Assembly: GCA_038124905.1 (NCBI GenBank)
Contig: JAYPCW010000002.1
Span: 1-45,523, forward strand
Direction of reading: 5' to 3'
Length of the DNA: 45,523 nucleotides
Origin: Candidatus Nanopelagicales bacterium
Lineage (GTDB): Bacteria > Actinomycetota > Actinomycetes > S36-B12 > UBA5976
Below, piece by piece: positions 9,732 to 18,705 of this stretch. The first letter of the stretch is position 1. Every line of letters starts with the position of its first letter. Position numbers and translations under genes: made by a program. The notes below the pieces were generated by a model, which made no database searches, was not told the DNA's origin, and was given only the letters and a program-made list of their open reading frames with translations.

Positions 9732-10054
9732 GTACAGTCGAAGCTAGTTCGAAACACGAAGATGTACTAGAAGCGCTTCATGATGTGGTTGACCCTGAAT
9801 TAGGGATTAACGTTGTTGATTTAGGGCTTATCTATGGCGTCCAGATAGATGAAGAAGATGTAGCAACAATTGATATGACGTTAACATCCGCTGCTTGCCC
9901 GTTAACCGATGTTATTGAGGACCAAACGCGACAAGCGCTAGATGGCTTGGTTAAAGATTTCAAGATCAATTGGGTGTGGCTGCCACCTTGGGGTCCAGAG
10001 AAGATTACCGATGAAGGTCGTCAAATGCTAAGAGCCTTAGGATTTAATCTTTAA
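9728..10054 (+). CDS. sufT: SufT-like DUF59 (MIP18 family) Fe-S assembly protein
   Basis: VLEALHDVVDPELGINVVDLGLIYG...TLTSAACPL is the DUF59 signature. I place the start at ATG 9728 (ATGA overlap with the sufU stop) rather than at the ORF-track 9674 extension. Confidence 0.85.
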   Translation: MSTVEASSKHEDVLEALHDVVDPELGINVVDLGLIYGVQIDEEDVATIDMTLTSAACPLTDVIEDQTRQALDGLVKDFKINWVWLPPWGPEKITDEGRQMLRALGFNL

Positions 10055-10063
10055 GGACACTGT

Positions 10064-11917
10064 TTGAGCCAAATGCAACCGTGGGAGATGTACCGCTCTC
10101 TCACTAGGGATCGGGCTGTACTTAACCAAAAATTAGGTAGAGTTACCGGGCGACGAATATTAAATTACGCTAAACCATTTTACAAATACATCTGGGTTCT
10201 ACTGGTTTTAGTAACCTTTGACGCTTTTTTAATTGTCGCTCAACCTTTGCTCTTTAAAAGAATTGTCGACGAAGGAATACTAAAAGCAAATACCAATGTA
10301 GTAGTGGTTAGCGCTGGCTTGGTGGCGTTATTGGCAATTATTTCTGGTTTGGTGAGCATTGTGGAACGTTGGTATTCCGCGCAAATTGGTGAAGGTTTGA
10401 TTTTGAATCTTCGCAGCGAAGTTTATGATCAAGTACAGCGTCAACCAATAATCTTTTTTACTCGCTCTCAAACAGGTAATCTGATTTCAAGATTGAACAG
10501 CGACGTAATCGGCGCCCAGCAAGCCTTTACCTCAACCTTAAGTGGTGTGGTTTCAAACCTTATAGCACTCATCGTGGTGGTCGGGACAATGTTGACGCTC
10601 TCCTGGCAAATAACTCTGGGCTCGTTGATTTTGGTCCCTTTGTTCTTATTGCCGGCACGATTTTTAGGCCGAAAATTGCAAGAGTTAACTCGAGATCAGA
10701 TGAACTTGAATGCCGAAATGAATCAGCAAATGAGCGAACGATTTAATGTTTCTGGCGCACTTTTAATAAAACTTTTTGGAAATTACACCGCAGAAAGCAA
10801 TAAATTTTCAAACAGTGCATCGTCTGTTAGAGATATTGGAGTAAAGCTAGCAATTGCTAATCGAATATTTATCGTGGCTTTAACGTTGGTTGCGGCCCTC
10901 GCCACTGCTTTGGTTTATGGCTTTGGTGGAGTTTTGACAATCGATGGTGCGATTACCTTGGGTACCTTGTTGGCACTTACTGCCTTGCTCGGGCGACTTT
11001 ATGGGCCGCTTACTGCGCTTTCTAACATCAGAGTTGATGTGATGACTGCTTTAGTCTCTTTTGATCGAGTTTTTGAAATCTTAGATTTAGAAAATCCAAT
11101 TAAGGATCCAGCCAAGCCAAAGCCACTTCCTCCAGGTGGGCTGTCGATTGAACTCAAAGATGTCAGTCTTACTTATGGGGCGTCAAGCTCATTTTTAGAA
11201 ACTCTGGGAGTAAATAAGGATCAAGCGTCACTTGATAAAACTCAAGCATTGAAAAAGGTTAGTTTGCAAGTTCCTTCTGGTCAAACTGTCGCCTTGGTTG
11301 GCTCTAGCGGTGCTGGTAAATCGAGTTTGATCTCACTAATTTCCCGTCTCTATGACGCAACGGAGGGCCAGGTATTAGTTGGAGGAGTAGATGTAAAGGA
11401 TTTAGAGACGGCTACTTTGCGAGATGAGATTGGTGTCGTTTCTCAAGAACCACACCTTTTTCACGACTCGATAAAAAATAATCTATTACTTGCAAAGCCC
11501 ACTGCGAGTGATGAAGAAATTTCTAAAGCCATAGAGTCTGCGCAATTGACTGAATTTATTCAGCGCTTGCCCCAAGGCTTAGAAACTATTGTGGGAGATA
11601 GAGGTTATCGATTAAGTGGTGGAGAAAAACAACGCTTAGCTGCGGCTCGGGTATTTCTAAAGGCACCACGAATTGTCATTTTAGATGAAGCAACTTCGCA
11701 TCTTGACGCCGAGAATGAATCGCTTTTACAAGCGGCGCTTGCCACAGCTCTCGAGAACAGAACCGCGCTAGTGGTGGCGCATCGATTGTCGACAGTGATT
11801 AATGCAGACAAAATTGTAGTTCTGGATCAAGGTCGAATAATTCAACAGGGAACCCATGAAGATTTACTCAGACTTGGTGGAATTTATCGTGAGTTGTTTG
11901 AAACTCAATTAATCTAA
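10064..11917 (+). CDS. ABC exporter, fused permease/ATPase (MsbA/MdlB-like)
   Basis: 617 aa. Six-TM N-terminal half, then NBD with GSSGAGKSS, LSGGEKQRLAAAR, ILDEATSHLD. Alternative ATG start at 10073. Confidence 0.85.
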   Translation: MSQMQPWEMYRSLTRDRAVLNQKLGRVTGRRILNYAKPFYKYIWVLLVLVTFDAFLIVAQPLLFKRIVDEGILKANTNVVVVSAGLVALLAIISGLVSIVERWYSAQIGEGLILNLRSEVYDQVQRQPIIFFTRSQTGNLISRLNSDVIGAQQAFTSTLSGVVSNLIALIVVVGTMLTLSWQITLGSLILVPLFLLPARFLGRKLQELTRDQMNLNAEMNQQMSERFNVSGALLIKLFGNYTAESNKFSNSASSVRDIGVKLAIANRIFIVALTLVAALATALVYGFGGVLTIDGAITLGTLLALTALLGRLYGPLTALSNIRVDVMTALVSFDRVFEILDLENPIKDPAKPKPLPPGGLSIELKDVSLTYGASSSFLETLGVNKDQASLDKTQALKKVSLQVPSGQTVALVGSSGAGKSSLISLISRLYDATEGQVLVGGVDVKDLETATLRDEIGVVSQEPHLFHDSIKNNLLLAKPTASDEEISKAIESAQLTEFIQRLPQGLETIVGDRGYRLSGGEKQRLAAARVFLKAPRIVILDEATSHLDAENESLLQAALATALENRTALVVAHRLSTVINADKIVVLDQGRIIQQGTHEDLLRLGGIYRELFETQLI

Positions 11918-12634
11918 CTTTGTCAGTTCAGCCAATTCTTTTCTAGTTAGGATTCCCCAACCGAGAAGAATCATAAAAGCAAAAACAAACCATTGCAACG
12001 AGTAAGCTAAGTGAGAACCAAAAGTGAGCTCTGGGGGATTAACTGGTTGCAATTCGCCTGAACCGTTTAATTGATTTAGATAAAAAGGAAAATCCTGAGC
12101 GCCTAATTCAAATTGAGTTCGATTTATAGCGTTTACTTGGCCTGTTGGTAAATCATCAGGACGGGCTACCTCTGGTTCTAAATTTTGCAAGTAGCCTTCA
12201 ATAGTTATTAATCCACTAGCTGGCTTAGGAACATCTGGACTTTCAGTTGCTGCTGCCCGTGCCGGGGTGAAACCTCGATTTACTAAAACCACCTGGCCAT
12301 TAGCGGTGCTGAACTTAGCGACCACCCAGAAACCTAACTGTCCTTCAAGGTAACGTCTTCTAACGAGTTTTTGACTTTCAGCCTTGAAACTTCCCTCGAC
12401 AGTAATTTTTTGCCAGGAAGAATAATCATTTTTTGAAAAATCCAATTCTTGATTTGCACTATTTAGTGCCGTGGCAACGGACTGATTAAAATTTACTCTC
12501 GCTTCATGTCTTTCATATTGCCAAATACCTAATCTAATACAAACAGCAATGGCAATGACAATTAAACCTGTAAAAATAAGCCAATTTTTGCTAGTTAAAA
12601 GCCTAAAGATTTGACTTCTTGATGGATTTAACAT
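11909..12634 (-). CDS. SURF1-family cytochrome oxidase assembly protein
   Basis: 241 aa. N-terminal TM followed by RLGIWQYERH, VLVNRGF, and C-terminal HLAYSLQWFVFAF TM. These are SURF1/Shy1 hallmarks. Confidence 0.8.
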   Translation of the reverse strand: MLNPSRSQIFRLLTSKNWLIFTGLIVIAIAVCIRLGIWQYERHEARVNFNQSVATALNSANQELDFSKNDYSSWQKITVEGSFKAESQKLVRRRYLEGQLGFWVVAKFSTANGQVVLVNRGFTPARAAATESPDVPKPASGLITIEGYLQNLEPEVARPDDLPTGQVNAINRTQFELGAQDFPFYLNQLNGSGELQPVNPPELTFGSHLAYSLQWFVFAFMILLGWGILTRKELAELTKLD

Positions 12635-12914
12635 TTGAATTAAAGTTTACGCGAGGAGTAATTAGCGGTGAGTAGGTTCTCTCGCGCCCAGCATTGGCCA
12701 CTACCACTGCAATATAGGGTAGGAAAATCGCCCCTAAAATGAAGGCAATTCGTAAATTGCCTTGAGTAAGTACCGCGGCGACGAAGCAGATGGTTCTCAG
12801 GCTCATTGAAAATAAGTAACGACGCGCCCGCCCTTTTTGTTCTTGCAAGAAGCTGGTCTGGGCATTAGTTATTCGATAAACCGTCTCTTCGCTCAACTTT
12901 TCCCTCCGTAGCAA
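12603..12914 (-). CDS. DUF3099-like small membrane protein
   Basis: 103 aa with two TM segments and the ...RRYLFSMSLRTICFVAAV...PYIAVVVANAGRE pattern I recognise from actinobacterial DUF3099 proteins. TTG start. Overlaps the SURF1 start by 32 nt. Confidence 0.6.
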   Translation of the reverse strand: MLRREKLSEETVYRITNAQTSFLQEQKGRARRYLFSMSLRTICFVAAVLTQGNLRIAFILGAIFLPYIAVVVANAGRERTYSPLITPRVNFNSNVKSIKKSNL

Positions 12915-12982
12915 AGCCTAAGGCTGATTAGCAGATTAAGCCACACGAAACCAGTTCACGGCCAGCAGGTAAGTTCAGGGGC

Positions 12983-13693
12983 GTGAATTTGGAAAAAGTG
13001 GCCCTAGTGCTTGGCGCAAACCGAGGCATTGGGTTAGCCATCGCTAATGAATTTTTAGCTGATGGCTGGAAAACAATTGGGACCTATCGGTCAGGCCCAG
13101 CAGAGGCAAATTTTGATCAATTACCTTGTGACTTGGCAGACGTTTCAAGTGTCGAAACATTGGTAAACCAAGTTGAAGCTAAATACTCTCGAATTGATGC
13201 CTTAGTAATTAATGCTGGTTGGAATAAAGATTCTTTGCTCATGCGATTGACTGATGAGGATCTGTTGCAAATTGTTCAAACTAATTTAATCGGGAGCATT
13301 CAAGCTGCCAGGCGAGTAAGTCGCTTGATGATGAAGCAACGCTCGGGAAGCATAATTTTCATCGGTTCAGTCGTTGGATTTTTAGGATCCGCTGGTCAAA
13401 CCGCTTATGCCAGTACCAAAGCCGCCCTGGTTGGTGCTGCAAGATCTATGGCTAGAGAATTAGGACCACGAAATGTTCGAGTTAACGTTGTTGCTCCAGG
13501 TTACGTAAACACTTATATGACAAAAGATCTACCAGAAGATCACAAATGGGCGATAGCCAGCGCAACCCCGCTAGGAAGAACCGCTGAACCAGTCGAAATT
13601 GCCAAGAGCGTAGTTTTTCTCTCATCAGATGACGCCTCGTTTATCACTGGTGCGGTAGTTCCAATTGATGGCGGCTTAGGTATGGGACACTAG
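12983..13693 (+). CDS. fabG: 3-oxoacyl-ACP reductase (SDR; MabA/FabG1-like)
   Basis: 236 aa. LGANRGIG cofactor motif, NAG, catalytic S...YASTK. Immediately upstream of the inhA-type reductase, as in the mycobacterial mabA-inhA pair. Confidence 0.85.
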   Translation: MNLEKVALVLGANRGIGLAIANEFLADGWKTIGTYRSGPAEANFDQLPCDLADVSSVETLVNQVEAKYSRIDALVINAGWNKDSLLMRLTDEDLLQIVQTNLIGSIQAARRVSRLMMKQRSGSIIFIGSVVGFLGSAGQTAYASTKAALVGAARSMARELGPRNVRVNVVAPGYVNTYMTKDLPEDHKWAIASATPLGRTAEPVEIAKSVVFLSSDDASFITGAVVPIDGGLGMGH

Positions 13694-13700
13694 GGGACCT

Positions 13701-14468
13701 ATGGGAATCATGGATGGCAAGAAAGTCCTCGTGACCGGGGTCTTAACAAATCATTCAATCGCCTTTTCGGTGGCAGACTTAATTCAACAAAACGGTGGTG
13801 AGGTAATCCTCTCATCATTTGGAAGAGCTATGTCGCTGACTGAAAGAGCAAGTAAAAAACTTGAATTCACTCCACCAATAGTTGAATTAGATGTCACCAA
13901 TCAAGAGCAACTTGCTGGGCTAGAAAAAGAAATTAAAAAACACTTCAGTCAGTTAGACGGCATAGTCCATGCAATCGGATTTGCACCTCAAAGTGCCTTG
14001 GGGGGTAATTTTTTAAATACCGAATGGGATGATGTTGCAGTTGCTTTGCATACCAGCGCGTATTCTTTTAAATCTTTAACCATGGCTTGCCTTAACTTGA
14101 TGCCAAAAGGTTCTAGCGTGGTGGGATTGGACTTTGATGCCCAAGTTGCCTGGCCTCAATATGACTGGATGGGTGTGGCGAAAGCGGCCTTAGAGTCAAC
14201 CTCAAGATATTTAGCCCGAGATTTAGGGCCAAAAGGTATTCGGGTAAATCTTGTAGCTGCAGGTCCACTTAACACCGTTGCTGCAAAACACATTCCTGGA
14301 TTTGAAAAGTTTGAAGCCGCCTGGTCGGATCGTTCACCATTAACTTGGACGATCTCTGACCCGGTTCCTTCAGCGAAGGCTGTAGTGGCTTTATTAAGTG
14401 ACTGGTTCCCAGCGACTACTGCCGAAATAATCCATGTAGATGGCGGATACCACGCTATGGGCTACTGA
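13701..14468 (+). CDS. inhA: NADH-dependent enoyl-ACP reductase (InhA/FabI)
   Basis: 255 aa. GKKVLVTGVLTNHSIAFSVA N-terminus. Y-x6-K (YDWMGVAK) catalytic dyad spacing is characteristic of FabI/InhA. Confidence 0.85.
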   Translation: MGIMDGKKVLVTGVLTNHSIAFSVADLIQQNGGEVILSSFGRAMSLTERASKKLEFTPPIVELDVTNQEQLAGLEKEIKKHFSQLDGIVHAIGFAPQSALGGNFLNTEWDDVAVALHTSAYSFKSLTMACLNLMPKGSSVVGLDFDAQVAWPQYDWMGVAKAALESTSRYLARDLGPKGIRVNLVAAGPLNTVAAKHIPGFEKFEAAWSDRSPLTWTISDPVPSAKAVVALLSDWFPATTAEIIHVDGGYHAMGY

Positions 14469-15141
14469 GCCCTAAGGCTTTTAAAACCCCGAGCAAACTC
14501 TCATCATGAACTAGTAGGTTGGCTTTTTCCTCAAGGGCATTTTTGCCATTAAAGGCAATTCCAATTGCCGCCTGTTCAATCATGGGAATATCGTTTGCCC
14601 CATCTCCGATTGCAATCGTGCGAATTAGGGGGATTGAAAACTTTTTTGCCATCTGAATCAACGTCTCTTTTTTTCCGTTAGCGTCGAGAATTTCCCCAAG
14701 CAACTTACCGGTTAATTTGCCATTAACCACTTCAAGCTTATTTGCTCTGAAATCATCAATTTTTAATTTTTCTATGATTTCTTTGATTACAACATCGAAC
14801 CCTCCGCTTACCACGCAGGTCTTGAATCCCAACTCTTTGAATTTACCTATTAACTCTTCGGCCCCAGGTGTGAGCTCAATGGCATTTTTAATCTCTACAA
14901 GTATTTTTTCATCAGCGCCTCGCAATAGTCCTACTCTGCGGCGCAAACTTTCGGCAAAATCGATACTTCCGCTCATGGCTAAGTTAGTAATGGCTCTAAC
15001 TTCGTCACCTACACCTACGGCGGCAGCTAAATCATCAATAACTTCGTTGCAAATCAGCGTTGAGTCCATGTCCATCATCACCAGGTAACTTTGACTAGGT
15101 AGTAGCTGAATTGTCGCTTTAGAACTCATTTTTATAAGCAT
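14455..15141 (-). CDS. serB: phosphoserine phosphatase (HAD superfamily, short form without ACT domains)
   Basis: HAD motif I DMDSTLI, motif II VSGG, motif IV GDGANDIPM. About 225 aa, so only the catalytic domain. Alternative ATG start at 15129. Confidence 0.8.
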   Translation of the reverse strand: MLIKMSSKATIQLLPSQSYLVMMDMDSTLICNEVIDDLAAAVGVGDEVRAITNLAMSGSIDFAESLRRRVGLLRGADEKILVEIKNAIELTPGAEELIGKFKELGFKTCVVSGGFDVVIKEIIEKLKIDDFRANKLEVVNGKLTGKLLGEILDANGKKETLIQMAKKFSIPLIRTIAIGDGANDIPMIEQAAIGIAFNGKNALEEKANLLVHDESLLGVLKALGLSSP

Positions 15142-15859
15142 AATTGGATAGCTGTGATAAAAATGCTCTTGATCTTGTGATTAAATCCTCAACTTTTTCT
15201 TTGAAAATTTGGTCCTTTTTCGAAGAGGCACTGGGCACTGCGGCGGCCTTTGCTAATAAGCCAATTGCCAGGGTGCGAAAAAGTCGGCCAAGCAATTGGG
15301 TTACTCGAGGAGGTTGGTCTTCAGGGAATTCCAAGTAGCCGATTTGGTGATCGAGGTTAATTAGCATTTCTCGAGCGTTATCACTCTTTGCCACTAGATC
15401 AAAAGCCTCTATATGACTTCCAATTTCCAAAACAAATTTTGTAAATTCAGCTTCAGTCTCTCTCCAATAGGGAATGGGTGATCTAGAAACTAGATTTATC
15501 GGGAATAAATTCCATTCTGCTCCATTTGGCACTAAGGCAAAACTCTTTTTGCCTAGCAAGGTAACAGCTTCACCGCTAGCTAAGGCTAAGTCTAAAAACT
15601 CACCGCTATCAATTAATCCATCTAAGGCTCCGCTTACTGGTAAATGTACCCGAGCGGTGATAACTTCGTGATCTTTTAAAAACTTAAGAAAATCAAAGAG
15701 TTTAACTTGGCGATTTTCATACCAAACCATTTCGAAAACTCCTTTTAGAGAATCAAAGCAACGCTCTAGTGACTCTTGGGAGTTTAAAAATGCATTTAGC
15801 CATATCCCAACGAAACAGCTTGAAAAAAACTCCTCGGGAACTTGGGGTTTGCTGATCAC
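15119..15859 (-). CDS. hypothetical protein (no recognisable family)
   Basis: 246 aa ORF with GTG start, no TM segments, no motif I can place. Composition is ordinary rather than antisense-like low complexity. Fills the whole gap between serB and the divergent ABC ATPase and overlaps the serB start by 11-23 nt. Confidence 0.6.
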   Translation of the reverse strand: MISKPQVPEEFFSSCFVGIWLNAFLNSQESLERCFDSLKGVFEMVWYENRQVKLFDFLKFLKDHEVITARVHLPVSGALDGLIDSGEFLDLALASGEAVTLLGKKSFALVPNGAEWNLFPINLVSRSPIPYWRETEAEFTKFVLEIGSHIEAFDLVAKSDNAREMLINLDHQIGYLEFPEDQPPRVTQLLGRLFRTLAIGLLAKAAAVPSASSKKDQIFKEKVEDLITRSRAFLSQLSNYAYKNEF

Positions 15860-15890
15860 AATGCCTATTCTTTAATAGGATAGAACCAGA

Positions 15891-16685
15891 ATGACAACTG
15901 GATCGGTATTAAAATTTAACTGCGTCTCGCTAGTACGAGAGCAAAATCAAATACTTAGCGATGTTACTTTTGAGATGAATTTCAACGATCATCTGGTAAT
16001 TTTTGGCCCCAATGGTGCAGGCAAATCATCTTTAGTTGAAATCGCGGCCGGATTTCAGTTTCCTACTCGCGGTGAGGTAGAAATACTTGATCAAACAATG
16101 GGAAGGGTTGACCTATCCCAGTTACGTCTAAGCATTGGCTATGCCGGCCCACGACTCTCAATGATGATGGAACCGGCTGAAAAAGTGATAGATGCGGTCT
16201 TAAGTGCGGCTTGGGGGGTTGTCGGACGATGGCAAGAAACCTATTCGGAATATGACATGCTTCGTGCAAATCAAGTTATTGATTTAATGGGCATGAGTGA
16301 ATTTAAAGATCGCGCTTATGGTTTTTTGTCTGCCGGTGAAAAAAAGAAGGTAGAAATAGCAAGAGCATTGATGAATGATCCGGAACTATTAATATTGGAC
16401 GAACCAGCAGCCTCCTTAGACCTTCCGGCTCGTGAAGATTTAATTTTACAGTTAAACAAGCTAATAAATTCAGGGCTTAGCCCATCAATTCTTATGGTTA
16501 CTCACCACTTAGAAGAAGTTCCAAGTGGTTTTAATAAAGCCTTGTTGCTGAATAAGGGTAAAGTCTTTACTCAAGGAGCAGTAGACGAGACGCTTTCTGC
16601 TGAAAACCTATCTTCGCTTTATCAAATGCAAATTAAAGTCTGGCAAGCCGATGGCCGAAGGTTTGCGTATCGTGCCAGTGAATAA
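15891..16685 (+). CDS. stand-alone ABC ATPase, ModF/YlmA (COG1119)-like, with no partner permease
   Basis: 264 aa. Walker A GPNGAGKSS, signature LSAGEKKKV, Walker B LLILDEP, H-loop VTHH. The segment between Walker A and the signature (GRVDLSQLRLSIGYAGPRL...VIDAVLSAAWGVVGRW) resembles the ModF/YlmA family by eye. Confidence 0.7.
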   Translation: MTTGSVLKFNCVSLVREQNQILSDVTFEMNFNDHLVIFGPNGAGKSSLVEIAAGFQFPTRGEVEILDQTMGRVDLSQLRLSIGYAGPRLSMMMEPAEKVIDAVLSAAWGVVGRWQETYSEYDMLRANQVIDLMGMSEFKDRAYGFLSAGEKKKVEIARALMNDPELLILDEPAASLDLPAREDLILQLNKLINSGLSPSILMVTHHLEEVPSGFNKALLLNKGKVFTQGAVDETLSAENLSSLYQMQIKVWQADGRRFAYRASE

Positions 16686-18153
16686 AAAACCTCTCAGAAT
16701 TATTTTGCCTGATCAATTAGGCCCAAACTTTATAGATGATGAAAAACAAAAGACGTTATTAATTGTTCCAATGAAAGATACTTTTGCCAGAAAGCTTCAT
16801 ATCCAAAAAGCAGTTTGGTGGATGAGCGCCATTTTGCATCGAGTCGCAGAGGCTAAAGAGCCTATTGAAATAATTTTTTGTGAGGATTTAGCTGGCTTCC
16901 TTAGGGGATTTAGCGAAGAGGCTGAGGTAATCGGGCCTACCAGCTTTGAGATGAGAAAAGCGTTTATGGATCGGAAAAACATAATCAGATTGCCTAGCAG
17001 GGGATTTGTTACGAGTGAAAATGATTTTGCAAATTGGATCAGTTCACGTGCAGGTAAAAAACTTAAATTAGAAGATTTTTACAGATTCGCGCGCTTAAAG
17101 CACAATATTTTGCTCGATAGCGATGGGTCGCCGGTAGGTGGAGCTTGGAACTTTGACAATGAGAATCGACTTCCTCCGCCAAAGTCAGATCAACTACCAG
17201 TTAAGCCTTTTGGAGGTTTCACTTGGAATGAGATCGATGAGCAAGCTCTTAGCAAAATAAGGGAATTTCAGAGTAAGGGTTTCTCATTTATCGGCTCATT
17301 CAAAAAAGAAAAATATTTTGCTTCCAGTAGAAGTGAATCAATTGTGGCACTTAAAAACTTTATAGATCACCGACTTGAGCTTTTTGGTCCCTATGAAGAT
17401 GCCTCTTTGCAAAACGACTGGATCATGGCTCATTCGCTACTTAGTGCTCCAATGAACATCGGGTTGCTAGATCCGAAAGAAGTGATCTCGGCAGCAACAC
17501 GAGCGCTGCATCATGGTGCGCCGATAAATAGTGTTGAAGGCTTTGTTAGACAAATTCTTGGTTGGCGAGATTATGTCTGGCATCTTTATTGGCATTTTGG
17601 TGAAAATTATGTTTCAGAAAGTAATCATTTTGCGGCAAGCAGAGTGTTGCCTGATTGGATGGCTGATTTAACCACTAATGAGCTCACCGCCAATTGTTTA
17701 AAGGTAGTTACTCAAGATCTACAAGAACGAGGCTGGTTACACCACATTCAAAGACTGATGATTCTAGGTAACTGGGCTTTGCAGCAACAGCTAGATCCTA
17801 AGCAATTAGTTGATTGGTTTGACCGAGCATTTCTTGATGGGCATCCCTGGGTAATGGCGGCAAATGTAGTTGGGATGAGTCAATATGCCGATGGCGGCAG
17901 AATGTCAACCAAGCCATATGTCTCAGGCGGTGCATATATAAATAAAATGAGCAACTTTTGTAAAAGTTGTACCTATTCCCCTGAAATAAGAGTTGGAAAG
18001 CAAGCCTGTCCATTTACCGCAGGCTACTGGAAGTTCATCCATCGAAATCAAGACGAGTTTAAGAAGAACCCCAGGATCTCGCAGGCGGTATATGGGTTGG
18101 CGCGGCTAAAAGATTTGTCTGTATTACTACAAGAAAAAAGCAATGAGAAATAG
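16651..18153 (+). CDS. Fe-S cluster-containing cryptochrome/photolyase family protein (FeS-BCP / CryPro, (6-4) photolyase-like)
   Basis: About 500 aa COG3046-type protein (LRIILPDQLGP..., GGAWNFDNENR, WLHHIQRLMILGN, GHPWVMAANVVGMSQY). Four Cys spaced C349-x87-C437-x2-C440-x12-C453 (TGT at 17695, 17959, 17968, 18007). The true start may be GTG 16672 or 16678. Confidence 0.85.
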   Translation: MAEGLRIVPVNKKPLRIILPDQLGPNFIDDEKQKTLLIVPMKDTFARKLHIQKAVWWMSAILHRVAEAKEPIEIIFCEDLAGFLRGFSEEAEVIGPTSFEMRKAFMDRKNIIRLPSRGFVTSENDFANWISSRAGKKLKLEDFYRFARLKHNILLDSDGSPVGGAWNFDNENRLPPPKSDQLPVKPFGGFTWNEIDEQALSKIREFQSKGFSFIGSFKKEKYFASSRSESIVALKNFIDHRLELFGPYEDASLQNDWIMAHSLLSAPMNIGLLDPKEVISAATRALHHGAPINSVEGFVRQILGWRDYVWHLYWHFGENYVSESNHFAASRVLPDWMADLTTNELTANCLKVVTQDLQERGWLHHIQRLMILGNWALQQQLDPKQLVDWFDRAFLDGHPWVMAANVVGMSQYADGGRMSTKPYVSGGAYINKMSNFCKSCTYSPEIRVGKQACPFTAGYWKFIHRNQDEFKKNPRISQAVYGLARLKDLSVLLQEKSNEK

Positions 18154-18162
18154 TATAAGACC

Positions 18163-18705
18163 ATGAGCGTGATGCATGAAGAAAACGACGATGGTACGTG
18201 GCTATCGGAAAGTGAGATTAATTTTGTACGATCTCGCATTCCAATTCTGTATATAGATGCAGTGCCAGTGAGAATCGATCAAAAAGGTCAAGTAACTAAT
18301 TTTGGGCTTTTGCTTCGCGCTATGCCTAACGGTTCAATTAGTAGAGCCATGGTTTCGGGCAGGGTTCACCATAAAGAACGAATTCGCGATGCTTTACTTA
18401 GGCACATTGCTAAAGACCTTGGTCAAGAGGCTAAACCTCAATTACCGGCAGATCCATCACCCTTTACCGTTGTTGAGTACTTTCCTTCTCCCGAGTTAAC
18501 TGGTTTTTATGATCCTCGCCAACATGCGGTGAGCTTGGCATACATAGTTCCGATATTTGGGGAATGTGTCCCAAGTCAAAGTGTGCTTGACTTCACATGG
18601 ATTACTCCGGAAGATGCACTTAATCCGCAATTGTTGCTTGAAATGACGCAGGGTCAAGATAAATTGTTGCGAAAAGCAATGGCGCACTTAAACTTAATGC
18701 CATGA
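18163..18705 (+). CDS. Nudix-fold protein with degenerate Nudix box (DUF4916-like)
   Basis: 180 aa. G66-x5-E-x7-R-H-I-A-K-D-L-G-Q aligns with the Nudix box GX5EX7REUXEEXGU, but the three catalytic Glu positions read H, K and D. Confidence 0.6.
   Translation: MSVMHEENDDGTWLSESEINFVRSRIPILYIDAVPVRIDQKGQVTNFGLLLRAMPNGSISRAMVSGRVHHKERIRDALLRHIAKDLGQEAKPQLPADPSPFTVVEYFPSPELTGFYDPRQHAVSLAYIVPIFGECVPSQSVLDFTWITPEDALNPQLLLEMTQGQDKLLRKAMAHLNLMP

Noticed and set aside
14717-15088. 123-aa ORF antisense to serB. Other short antisense or shadow ORFs in the track are similar: 1385-1594, 1398-1580, 3177-3359, 3844-4041, 4193-4627, 5112-5399, 7150-7701, 8574-9166, 11605-11811, 15144-15671, 16063-16269, 16797-16982, 17798-18239, 18302-18882, 19303-20142, 20560-20760, 22789-23052, 25307-25683, 26017-26507, 27061-27267, 29790-30179, 30438-30752, 31638-31916, 32592-32792, 33984-34238, 37162-37392, 39272-39481, 40543-40758, 41581-42483, 43126-43347.
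   Set aside because: All are nested in or opposite strongly supported CDSs. They have biased Ser/Thr/Leu/Lys-rich translations and no recognisable motifs, so I treat them as frame shadows.
15864-15879. Inverted repeat CCTATT-cttt-AATAGG in the 31-nt divergent gap between the orphan ORF and the ABC ATPase. Considered as a possible operator.
   Set aside because: The arms are only 6 bp and AT-rich, so it is expected by chance. It cannot be evaluated without comparative data. Mentioned only as a place to look.
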